From assembly GCA_051362555.1 (NCBI GenBank), contig CM120640.1, forward strand, positions 19,592,001 through 19,656,000: a DNA stretch of 64,000 nt. Direction: 5' to 3'. Below are positions 37,401-50,000 of the stretch, one piece after another; position 1 is the stretch's first letter; each line of letters begins with the position of its first letter. The DNA is from Lingula anatina. Its lineage: Eukaryota > Animalia > Brachiopoda. The notes under the pieces were generated by a model. The model was not told the DNA's origin. It searched no databases and worked only from the letters and a program-made list of their open reading frames with translations. The position numbers and the translations under genes were made by a program.

Positions 37401-39221
37401 TGTATGCCTTTCACATAATTTGTCGTTATCATTTTGCATTTCCATTTTTTTAGCTGCCAGTCGTTCTCATACAAAGAGTCGGGCAGCAAGTGCAAACTTT
37501 ACAGCGTCGATGTGCTTGCGGGAGGAGCTTGCAGAAAATATCATAGAAAATATGCAATTTATTCCACGACGGCTTGCAAAATCTCCGCAGTATCTCCAGT
37601 CACCGAAGGGTACACGACACAAGGTAACTTTTATATTGAATACCGTAAACTAGATGATTTACATTTTATTATTTTCAAAAACAGGATATTTTATCCCTCA
37701 CCCCAACCAAACCATATGATGTGAAATGGCAAAAAGTAAAGTGTACAGAATAGTATATGTGCTTTTAGTATAGGCCTAGTTTATTCCGTATTTCTGAAAT
37801 TTTAATTTCTTTTAAACAAGAACCTGTTGATTTAAAATTTAAATGCATGCAACCCCTTCCTTATGATTTAGGATAAGTTAAACACGCAACTGTCAGTATA
37901 TCTTTGTAGGCCAAAACAACGTCGTTTATATTTTTTTGTATAAGCAAACAATCCTTGTGCAATAACTTACCCTTTCACTCTAAATATTTCCACAACAGCT
38001 GGGGCTCAACCAGTGGTAGCCACAACAGCCAGGGCTCAACCAGTTGTTGCCCCAACAGCCGGGGCTGAACCAGTGGTAGCAACAACAGGCGGGATTCAGC
38101 CGGTTATTGCCACAATAGCCGGCGCTCAACCAGTTGATGTCACAACATCCGGGTCTGAAGCAGTTGTTACCACAACCAGTGCTCAACCAGATACTACAAC
38201 CACTTCAGCTTATTCCACTACTGCCACCAATGCAGCTGGTGCCGCTGCTGGAAACTGTTCTGCCTTCGATACATATGATCATATGGTCACAACCGATGGT
38301 TCTAATTCCCTTGCTAAATATGATAATAGTGGCACTGGTAAGAAAAAAGTAATTTTCTCTATCTTCAGTCTTCCATCTTGCCATATTCTCTAGTCGTTTT
38401 AATTATTTCATTACACCTAAAACTGTTGATAACTTGTGTTGATACTGGGTAATCTAGACAAGCAGGTCACAGAAAGAACATAGTCAGTCTTTTAAAGGAA
38501 AATATTTTACGCAATGACTCGTTTGTTGTCTTTCAAAGGGTATACCGTGGCGGACTGTCAGGCATTTTGTCTTGCGGAGAACACGTTCCACTGCACCGCA
38601 ACAATACATTATAGCGACTACGGTTATGGCCATGGGTACTGCCTTCACTTTGGCTTTAGTCCCTACGTTGAGCCCTCTGCAATATCCTACAGAAGATACT
38701 GCACGGATGAGGCCCTGAGTACGTCGTGAGAGAGTATATCGTTTTCATAAGTTAGGAGATTATTTTTACATTTTTAAAATTAGAAGACAACCCTCAAGTA
38801 AAACGTATTTCACACGCAGCTTTGCTTTTTTTCTTTTCGCTCAATGGATTCAAATATTTTTGCTTCAATAGATCATCTTTCGTGAATCACGTACACACGT
38901 ATGTTGTAATCAGTGACGATGTTTTCATGATGATATTTCGTTTATTACTGCTGAAATGATTTTGTATATTGTACATTTGATTATGCCATATATTTTTCAG
39001 GTTCTTGTTACTTAGAAGAAGTGGGTCAAAATCTTGGCATATACTACACAGTCCAGTACTCCTTGGATAACAGTACTTGTGCAACGCGATGCTTTGACAG
39101 AGAACGCTGCATTGGATACAACACATTTACAGGAGGGCATAATCGCTGCAGACTATTCGAACAAAGAAAAATGTCGCGATATGGGGCCACCCTTTCTATT
39201 CGCCTCCGAAAATGTGGATAA
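34416..39221 (+). CDS. Secreted triple PAN/apple-domain protein, paralog 4 (~365 aa; exon-4 acceptor shifted)
   Basis: Exons 34416-34440, 34758-34920 (GC donor), 37454-37623, ~37999-38337, 38539-38718, 39001-39221. The homologous exon-4 acceptor reads TAA instead of TAG (37981-37983), and an in-phase CAG lies 15 nt downstream. Confidence 0.75.
35235..35570. mobile_element. Non-autonomous DNA transposon with TTAA target-site duplication (Kolobok-like termini)
   Basis: TTAA|AGAGATGACAACTGT ... ACGGTTGTTATCCCT|TTAA: imperfect terminal inverted repeats flanked by TTAA. Absent from the homologous intron of paralog 3 (~28345). Confidence 0.7.
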
Positions 39222-41065
39222 AAACTACTTAATTGAAATATGTAGGCACACGTGCAGTGTTTTACCAACGTAAGCGTATAAACAAAAACAAAATAAGGAT
39301 TTAGTACATTTTTCTGTTTTATGATGACATAATGCGTACAGTGTGGTTCTTTTGTCAACACGCAGAATATAAAACATGCGTGATTTGCATTAAAAAAACA
39401 CTTTAAAGCAATTCTAAATAAAAACAGTATTATTTCTTGTGAGATTCCAGACTGAAGTTTGACGTAATATTTATGTATAAAAATAGTGCAATTTTGTATT
39501 TAATCATCTTTATATAGAATAATATTAAGTATTGTTCATAATATTCATTATGCATAATTCTTCAATTACTACACACTACTTTCATTCTTATTAAAGAGAA
39601 AAATGTTTGGCAAGTTAATTTAAGTGCATTTTTTCAATTACAATGAAGGTCAACAAAAATTAAGGCAAGAAAAAGCGATAAGTTAATTAAAGTATGTAGC
39701 TGCCCTAGATTTTGAGGAAATGATCATTTTTCTATTACACAAATTTAACTTTGAAAATTAAGAAAAAAATTCATCTGCCATTCGTTTGGCTAATGGCAAA
39801 ATTTTTAATAACCTAGGAAAAAACTTTATCCAGTCGTTTTTATGTTAAAAAATATCCCATACTGTGGACTTAACATCCTCCTCCAAAAATATATATACAT
39901 ATAACAAATAATACCAACTGACCTTTAAATTTAACTGCTACACCTGTTCAAAATCATATCTTTCAAATGGATTTGGTGTTCCAACCTCACTTACAATGAC
40001 TACATTCCTCAAACAACTTATCACATTTGTCTGGCCTTAAGAAACTTCGGAACTGTTTAATTTGTTCTGGTTGTCACATTGTGAACAATATTTTCATCAA
40101 TGATTTATATCATATAAAAAAGTACAATTAAAAACATTCAGCTGATTCAAATGATGGCTTCATTTAACAAGACAGCAAAGCTGGAAAATACACAGACACT
40201 AATGGCAAAAAAAAGTCCTAGCTGAAAGGTTCAGATCTAGCAAATTTGAGGTAAAACTAAAGTTGGAATTTATGGGGCAAATGTTGCCAAATGTTGCAGA
40301 TTTTCAAGCTGCACTAAATTTCCTCATGAATTTAGAGTAAAGTTTGGCACTTTTAAAATAGGGTAAACAGCTGGAAAAAAAATCATGATTTTTGAAATGA
40401 ACCTATTTTTTTGCCAAACAAAGCCACTCTGTAAATTGAAAGTAAAAAAAAAAAAAAAAAAAATACAGTTTGGCACTTATATGGTGAACAACCTACAGAC
40501 ATGTCACTGGGGTTTATGGTCAGAAAAAATACAAACGCACACAGTGTCTGTATATAAAAATGAAAAAATAAAATAAACTGTTGCAAATTTCATATAAAAT
40601 CACTTTTTAACAAGCTTTTTTTTAAACAAAAATGACTTAAACCTTAACACTGCAATAAATAAATTAAATAACAAAGTCAAGCTCTTTTGTGAGATTCACA
40701 TCAACCATAAGCTGGTGACCAAGTGCATAAATAATATATATACATATGCATAACTTTTGCTTTGTGTACATTTGAATAAAAACAACATATTTATAATGAT
40801 ATAATGAGTAATGTATAATTAATCTCACCCCTGTCCCTACACTTCACACTGGCAAGAGAACCTTGCACACAGTAATTAATAATAACTATTAAAACAAACA
40901 AACCAATGAAAAAATGTCATTCTTGTCTTGTTCCATAGTTATTTATACAAGCAGGCAACAAGTACATGCACTATAAAACACACAATTGTTTCCCCTGATC
41001 ACAAAGTCAGCTGCATCTGAGACGAAATGTTGCTGCCTGATAAAAAGAGACCCGTAAGTTGTCAA

Positions 41066-44000
41066 TCAAGTCAATCCAAACCCCTTTCCGTGCTCTATGG
41101 CAACCATCAGTTTACTTTGTAGTTTCTCTTTGGTGGCGTAAGATGGAAGCAGAAGACGATTGAAACAAGTCATTGCAGTGGGCAACCTAGAAAAATAAAT
41201 TAGAACAAGATCATGCCAGGGGGATCAAGGCCAAGTCTAAGTTACTGTAAGCAGGGGCGGATCCAGAGATATTTTCTGACAGTCTTCTAAATTATCTTTG
41301 TTAATCCATCCTCCATTTTTGACCGTCTTCTGACAGAAAACATCATACACCCGTCAATGTAAACTTAAAAATCTGACCATCTTCCGGAAGACCCAGAAGA
41401 CGGCCTAAATCCGCCCCTGGTAAGTATTTAATTTATTCACATAATATTATACATAATATTATATAGTTATAAAACTGAGATATACTAAAATTGAAATACC
41501 ATAGTTGTATTAATCATTATCCCTCTGGTTTGGTGATGCAATCACTGATGTTTGCTTGATCAGATCAATTTATCATTTTATGTAATACCTTTGAAAATAT
41601 CGGAACAAAAACCTGTTTTATCTATACTGATTATTGTTAATTCTACCTAACACTGTCATTGTCACTGTAAGAAACTGGATGCAAATCTTTAGAATCTATA
41701 ACTGGGTGTTACGCCACCATTACCTGTCACAGTCTCCGCCATTACGCTGTATGACTATTGGCAAATGGGACAGTCCCTTGAGTGGGACTCTATCACTCCC
41801 TGTGATAAAGTGTAATAGCTGCCTTTTCTGATCCTGGGTCATCTGGTGCACTACTTCCCAGAATGCCCTGACTGTCCTGTGACTCACATAGTATCCGTCA
41901 TCATATGCTGCAGATTTCTCCAATGCTTCAAAATCCTGAAGAATGAAGGCAAAATGTGATTTATAAGGTAACTTATTCATGCTGCAGTCAACAACATCTC
42001 AAGGTTGAATGCAAGCTTAACAAAAACCTGGGACAAAAAACTACAAATTCATCTTCCCCTTATTATACAATCACAGAATTAGGCTGCATTTTTTCTGACA
42101 TCTTCATTTAACATCTTAAAAAACTCATGCAGTACTTACAAGCTCTGTACTTCCACACACAAGCAACTCTATTTCATCAGGACTGAACAGTGCTAGGGAC
42201 TCCTTCCTACACACAGAGTGGAAACCCCTGCTGAAAGCCTGTAAGATATCATAAAATAACCACACACACAAAGAGGATCCTGTGACCAGGGTTGGGGTGG
42301 TGGGAACTTTTGCATGAAAGCATTTTCTTGAAGTGACTATCTTGCTCCTGTATTTTGAAATTTTGATGTCCTTCTATACCATATTAACTATTACCTTATT
42401 CTAATTACGATTTATTTTGGCTAGAGATAGTAAAACAAACAGAAAGTTATTTTGATAATGTTACCATTGAAATGGTTCCAATTTTTTATTTACTTGGTTT
42501 GTTTTTTATCCAAAGAATGGAAGAAACAATTCAATGCAGCAGCTAGTTTAGATGGACATATAAACTTACTTCAAATTGTTTGGCAATGCTCTCAGTGAGT
42601 AAATAATCCACATATCTTCTCACAAAGTGGTGTTTATTCTGAAATATTGAATTACATTAGGTTCTAATTCAAGAATCAATGTCAGGTTTTGTATAAAACA
42701 GCTTTTGTTAAGGTGAGAAACATTACTCTACGAAAACAGTAAGATTTTAAACATTGTGAATACTCTTTCTGCACAAAGACCAATGTCAACTGTATTTCCC
42801 ACCTATGCAAATTTGTGTCAACAAATGGTTTTCCCCAGGTCAAATATTTTCTCAGTTAATGGGTGCATAAATTTTATATAATGTCATAAATACCTTCTGT
42901 GTAACTGGAATGTCAGCTCCATTGGGAACTAAGTCTACTTCTGTGGTGAGGTCATAAGACTGGACGGATACCTGCAGCAATATTTAACAAGATATCAATA
43001 CATGGTTTAATTACACAAAATACAAGTACAAACAACTAAATCATGAATTAATTTGCATCATCCAAAGCAACAACTCAAAATCCGAAGCAGTTGGGAAAAA
43101 AAATCATGACCAACCAGAAAATTCCATAGAGATAACATACCTGGAATGATTGACAGAACACGTCTTCTATATCGTCTCCCTCGTAGTTCAGCAGCTCCAT
43201 TAAACCATGGCCAAGAGCAGGGTCTGCATCCATCAGGTCAGCCAAGCTCAGTGGCAGGGCCTGCAGTTTTTTATACAAGGCATTGGGAAACCTGACATCC
43301 AGTATCACACCATTGTACAGAGCAAGGCCTAGAGAGGAAGAGTAAGAGAAAACTTATCTGGATTTTTAAAAAAATAACCTTTCCAACACCTGACTGTTTG
43401 ACAAACAACACACTAATTTTTCTAACATTCCAATGACTTGATAAAACGCACCATATAAAGGAAAAAATAGACAGTTAAGTTGGCAAATATACAGAAACTT
43501 AAAAGAAAGTAATTCATGTTAATCCATTTTAACATAAAAAGGCACATTCCAGTAAAGAATAACTTCTTCAAAAGTAATCAGATCATGCTGATTTTTGACA
43601 GGAACCTGCCTCTTATATCAAACAGAGCCAATGTAAGTAAATCAAAATTATATAGAGTGAACAACAGACAGCAAAGACATGCAGACAGTACTTAGAATAT
43701 ATAGACACATTCAATATATGGCTATTTAAATCTTAAGTCAAAGTGGATCCATAAAAGCTATTACTTACCCAAAACAATACCAACCATCTCAAATTCATCT
43801 TCATTGTCAGTCTCAGAACCTGTTAAAAGACGGAATTTTGACTTTCAATTGTTCAGGATGCATTAAATATAATATGCAACATTAAGGATTTCTTGTGTGT
43901 CGTACATGACTTGGCCTAATCTACCTGTCCAAATCATAGTAAGAATACATCTAATTCTAAGTCTACTCTGGCATAAGCTTAATCTCAAACTGTGATAAAA

Positions 44001-47000
44001 GTCCAATCACTTGAAAACAACTTACTCTTAAACCACAAGCTCCTTGTTTCCTCTGAGTAAGCAAACATTCCATAAGCAGGATCAAAGACTTTCTGGCAGA
44101 TCAAATGGAAGAACTCCTTCTGAAGACCTCCCATGTCTAGTCCCTAAAGGATAAGTATAACAAGTATTAATATATGAATATACAATGAAAATTATAACAT
44201 TTTAATTTAGTTTTTGAAACATATATTTTTAAATAGGGTGTACTGCATTTAAAAATGTTCGTTAAGGGCCACAGGCTCAGATCACTTAACTTCATTTTGA
44301 TGAAAACAAAGAGTCAGAATCTTCCTCAACTTGTTTGGAAGAGGATCAGAAAGAAAGGTCTATAAAAGCTGAATAAAAAAAAAGACATTTTAAACTTTAT
44401 TAAATTCTTAGAATTATTACATTATTTCTACAGCCTGTTTTGCAATTAATTTCTTCACAGCTTCTCCACAATTACCTGCTCGCCCCCTCCGACATATTTA
44501 ATCTTCAATGGTTTCTTCAGATCCACGGCTTTCAGTTTTATTTCATTGATAGCATCTTCCAGGAGATTCTCTCTTCTCACATTCAGTACAAGATATGGAC
44601 ACATTGCAGACTTCACCGAGTCTGTAAGGTTGGGCTTCCTGGAAGAAAAAATCTTTTCACATAAGTTGAAGCTATAAGAATAAGTGTCCTGAATGGCACA
44701 TTTTGCAAGGGAATATTTGCTGAATAGAGTATTTGGATATATAATAGTAAAAATAATAACTAATATAAAAGTGTTAAATAGAAGTCTGATCTTCTAAATA
44801 ATTTAATGATTGATTTTCTTTATATAATTCATTATTAATAAAAAATTCTCACCTGTTCACTTCTCTCAAATACTTCAACACCTGGTTCACTCTCTACAAT
44901 AAAAATAATAATAAACCTTTAAAAAAATATGACCACAACTGATAGAGATCACTGAGAGATGTGGAAATGTAGCCTCACATTAAAACTTCAATTCTGTTAA
45001 GTTAAAAATCACGCCTAATTTCACTAGACAGAGATAAAAACAACTACTTTCAATTAGAGCTCTGGTATGATATTTTGTACTGACTAAACATGGAGTCATT
45101 CTGCATGCTTACAGCTTGGTGTAATATAGCCTCCTGGTACTCCTTCCTCATCTGTACCACAGCATCCAAGTGTAACACATGGACCTTGGACTAAAATCAA
45201 GCAACAACTCACTTTTAACACTCTTTAAACATTCAAATAACAGCATTTAAGTGGAAACCAATCTCTCAATAACACGGGTTTTATAATCCAAAGATTCGTT
45301 TTTGCTGTGATAACCAAGCTATTAAGGCCAATTAAGATGCAAAATTTAAAATATGTTATTTGATTCCTTGCCCTCATTTTAAAGCACATTCTTACCGATG
45401 GGTCCATGATGAAGGGAAAGTCAAGAAGACACAGCTTTGTTGGTGTCTGGTCTGATCCCTCTCCTCTAGAGTACCAGAGCTCATATTCGGCTCTGTAGTC
45501 TAGTTTCCTAAAAAATTAAAATATTTTAAACCACTTTGTAGAATGGAAGGTTCACCCCAACATTTATAGAGGTATTTTGTTTGTATGCAATTGCATTTTA
45601 CTCAATGGTCAAAAGTCAAATAAATGAATTAATAATCAATTTTAGAAACAACCACTCTGTTTTAGTTTTCATTTTGCTAAAAACAAATATAATACAGTGA
45701 GCTAAGGACAATCTGATTCCTTGTAACATCTTAAAAAATATCAGCAAGACTGATTCTTACATGGATAACTTACATAATATGTATGAAGAGACTCACATGC
45801 ATTTCCTGAGTCAAGAAAATATGTAAAACAAAGGAAAAAAATTGAAATAACATGTTGCATACCTTGATAACTCTGTGACATAAAATAACTTGGATGGTAT
45901 TAGAGGCTTCCCACATGTCTCAGCTGCAAATAGGTTGGCCTCAAAGAACACAGCAAGGGTTTGAGCAATATCAATAAGGTCAGCATTGGTCCTATGATAT
46001 AAAATGGATACTTAATTAATAGTGGGAAATTTCACAATGTCAGTGGTAAACCAACTTGAAAGCCCAAATTTTGAATTTCCAAAGCCTAAACAACAACAAC
46101 AACAACAAAAAATAATAATAATAATAACAGGGAATTCAATATGATGTGATTCGTATACAGCCAAGAAGAGTAATAGCACTATCAAATGCCTTTCGTTTAA
46201 TTGAATTCAATGGCAGTAAGACATATTATTAACTCAGCACAATGCTAAGATGGAAAAAAATACCTTTGGTTTGGTTTCAGTGACAACATGAAATGGTCCT
46301 TGTATATCCCCATGATTCTCCTCTCAAAGATCTCGCTGTCATATGTGGACAGAGCTCTGACCAGAGATACCCTGCCCATCTCACCAAGGTTGGCTATTAC
46401 TTTACATAACTTTTGTCTCAGCTCATGGTTCCTTCTCTTTCTGAAGAGAGGGCACTCCAACAGGATTAAAATCTTTAAGAAAAATGAGTAAACAAAATAA
46501 AACAATAATAAAGCACAAAATTGCCTACTTAATTGTTAAAAAAAAGAGAAACTGCCAATTTTTACTGAAAAAAGTTAAAGAGTGTAGCTAAATATCTGGC
46601 TATGTGAAAAAGCATTTTTATTACGCTATTCTTGTATTAAAAGACAATTTAAATGATCTTGAAATAAATACATGTAGTGAAAGCAAGAAGACCAAACTCA
46701 CAATGGTTTAAAAATTATAATACAGTACAAGACATATCTCATACATTATTCAATTTAAGAAACTTTGAAGAAAACCAATATTCAGACTCACTGGATTGAT
46801 CCCTATATATCCCATCCCCTGCTGGACTAGTGTGGTCAACAATATGTCTATGGAGTTGGATAATACTGAGTGGAATTGATCCTGAAAATAAAACCAACCA
46901 AAAAATTATGATTCCATCTAATTATCTTCTCAACATGTGAAAGGAACACAGCAGAAACTTTGAGCTAGATCTTTTATTCACCTAATAAAAAGGAAGACGC

Positions 47001-50000
47001 AGTTTCTGTTTTTGAACAATATTGAATAATAAAACATAGTTAACATTAAATTACACCTAAAGTTAGTATTTTAAAAAAGCGTTGCTACTTACAAATGGTG
47101 CTAAAGTCATTAACAAAGTGAATGCCTCTCTTACTGCTTTCAAGTTCAAATTAGTAGGACTGGCCTCTTTCTGATCATTTATCTGAAAAAGCCCATAATT
47201 CATAAATGTAACATAACAGGAGAAATTTGTGAAAAAAAAAAAAAAATATGCAAAATTTCATGCTCTTACATTTGTGACTTATGAAATCCATTGCTGTTTT
47301 GCTTTCAATTAATCTACATAATGTATACAAATAAATACACTGCACATATAATTATTTGTCAAAAGTAAGATTTTTTGTTGAAAATACAAGTAAAGAATTT
47401 AAAACTATATATCAAAATTATTTGATAAACATTCAGCATACCCATACACTATTCCAGTTGCAAATGTTCTTCAATTGAAATTTTGAAACATGAAACCAAG
47501 AAAATAAATTCTGATCTTTCACATCTTTCATGAAATATTCATTCACTATCATGCTTTATAAACCCCCCAAATCCACATCTCATGATGTCTTGGGTGGTAA
47601 TGCTTGCTTTAGGGGTGTACCCATCACCCTTGGGAAGGTCTGAGACTAGAGTCACCAACCCCTACTGTATTTGAAGGGGTCCCTCTAGCAGGGGGCTGTC
47701 TAAAAGGACAGGTGAACCCACTAGAAACTGGCTGGGTGAGGCATTTGGGCAAAAGATACTGTTCCACCCCTGTGGGCAGTTGATGCCATATGTCTGTGCT
47801 CTTAGTTGGAAAGGTTCATGGCTGGCTGACGAAGTGTAATATGCAAGATGATGCACTGCATCATAACTCAATTCAGACTACTCTACCACCTGGGCCCTCC
47901 TTTTATTCTTAAAAAATAATTATAGGGTGAAGCCTATGGTTATTTTTAGTATTTGGTCCATAGTTAGATCTACAATGTAAAAGCACAGTTACTTACTAGA
48001 AAACTTTTATTCACAGATGCTGGAGATGTGCAGACAGTTCTCACAGTGTTGAGCAAAAATGAGGAATCTGAAGTTTCTTCATATTTTTGAGCAGCAGCCT
48101 ACAAAGAGAGAAGAGAGAGTTTTTGGTTGTAAAAATTCATAAAAGCAATATAACACTATAACACTGTTCAATAGATTGGCAATATGTAAAGTGAAATGTT
48201 GTGGACAATCGCACAGTACACAGGTTCTTTCACATGGCCTGTCGGCAAATCCACATTTTACTCTCTGTGACCAACAGGGAGTGTATTAGTGTTCTCAGCA
48301 TACACACCCATAGAGTCAGTCACATTTTGGTAGGTATCAACTTTAAACTTATACTACCACAATGATTTTACATCAAAGCCTTAAAGATAATATTTTCACA
48401 AATTAATCTTCAACTGAAAGGTTGCTCTTTGTCTTAAATCACAAGTATCACCCTCCCCCCCCCCCAAAAAAAAAAAAAAAAAATAAAATAAAATAAAAAA
48501 TAAATAAATAAATAAATAAATAAATAAAAATGCTAGGATCAGACTAACATTGTCTTTGCCAAACTGTTAAATTTTTTGATGACCCAATTCTTAATAGAGT
48601 TTTATTAAAAAGTCTTAAGAGTCTCAGGAATACCTCTAGCATAGGCAATGTCAGGTGGGTGAGAGAGAACTCGTTTGAGTCCCCAACTGTCATCTCCAAA
48701 CTAAGCTGTCTTTCAAATTCATCAAGTTGAGCATGAGCGTGAGCAAGATCTTCATTGGAGCCATACACCTGCATTGGGCTAGAGTTCTTAGGAGATAAGC
48801 TACCTAGATTACTGCATGGAGAACCTGGGAGTCCAAAGTCACCACTTCCTAAGCTGTCCAGGCTAGAGAAAATAATGTTAAATAAATAAATTTAATAAAA
48901 TAATAATAAAAAAATAAAAACTTAACATCAAGCTTCTAAGCATATTTCTTACTTGATTACACTTTCTTAGGCAAGTTCAAATGTGTTGTCTAATACAATG
49001 CACCATTTTAACAATGTTTTGAGAAAAGGATAAATAGTACAGAAACACTTTTCATGAACCTTCAAGTTACCTGCTTTGGTTAGAAAGATCCTCTTTCTCT
49101 CCTCTGAACACATTCCCAAAGCTTGAACTAATACTCTGTTTTATCAGCTTTCCCGTCTTGCTTACAATTGTCTTTCCAGCATTAGACAAGTTGGTCAAGC
49201 TGTAACTATTCAGCAGCACAGAGTCTTTTGCTCTTTGTTTGATCATATCCCTTGGAAGTAAGTCTTGGTAACGCACATTTGAACTGGTCTGATATAAGGT
49301 AGAGGCATCAAATTTGGGTAAGTCATATGGCTGAACTGTTGGTTTCCCACTTTCCAGCTGCTTGGGTGTCTTGAACAAGGAGTCAAACGGTGTTGTGCTC
49401 AATAATACTTGCATGAAAGGTTTTGGTTCCTGTGCATCATCTCCCTTTAAAATCTAAATATAGAAAATAAAAATAATATAAGATAAAATAAACCATGATA
49501 TTACACAAAAAAGTTTGAAAGTGGAAACATGACCTAACTCATGAGCCATTATGGTCCATTTTTACTGGTGTTACAATATTCTTAAAATCATAAGAAAATT
49601 TAAAGCAGGCAGTTTCTATCCAAATTATTCAAATGTTGTGGTTATTCACACAGTATGCTGGTTTAACTTAGCATCCTGCCGGTTTATCCACTTTTATCTC
49701 TGTGGCTTAATATCAAGCAAGTATCAGTTATCTTAAGAATACACACTTTCACGCAGCCACAGAAAAAAAACATTTATTGAAGCAATTATTACTATTTTGT
49801 ATGTAAAATTTGCATTTTCATTTAACCCCATCAGAGAAGATTCCACTCATCTTTGTGCAGTCAACATGCTGTCCACTATATAATACAATAATTCAAATAA
49901 AAAAAATTTATCATCAATATAAAAGTTAAATTGTTCAAAAATATTGTGTGAAAACTTACACTATCTGGAATAACTCTTCCCTTAAATCTGTCTTTGGCAC

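Noticed and set aside
47560-47900. GC-richer intronic segment with ATGATG...CTGA (snoRNA-like) and a 69-aa ORF
   Set aside because: The box motifs are imperfect and antisense to the host gene. Probably a decayed repeat that cannot be classified by eye.
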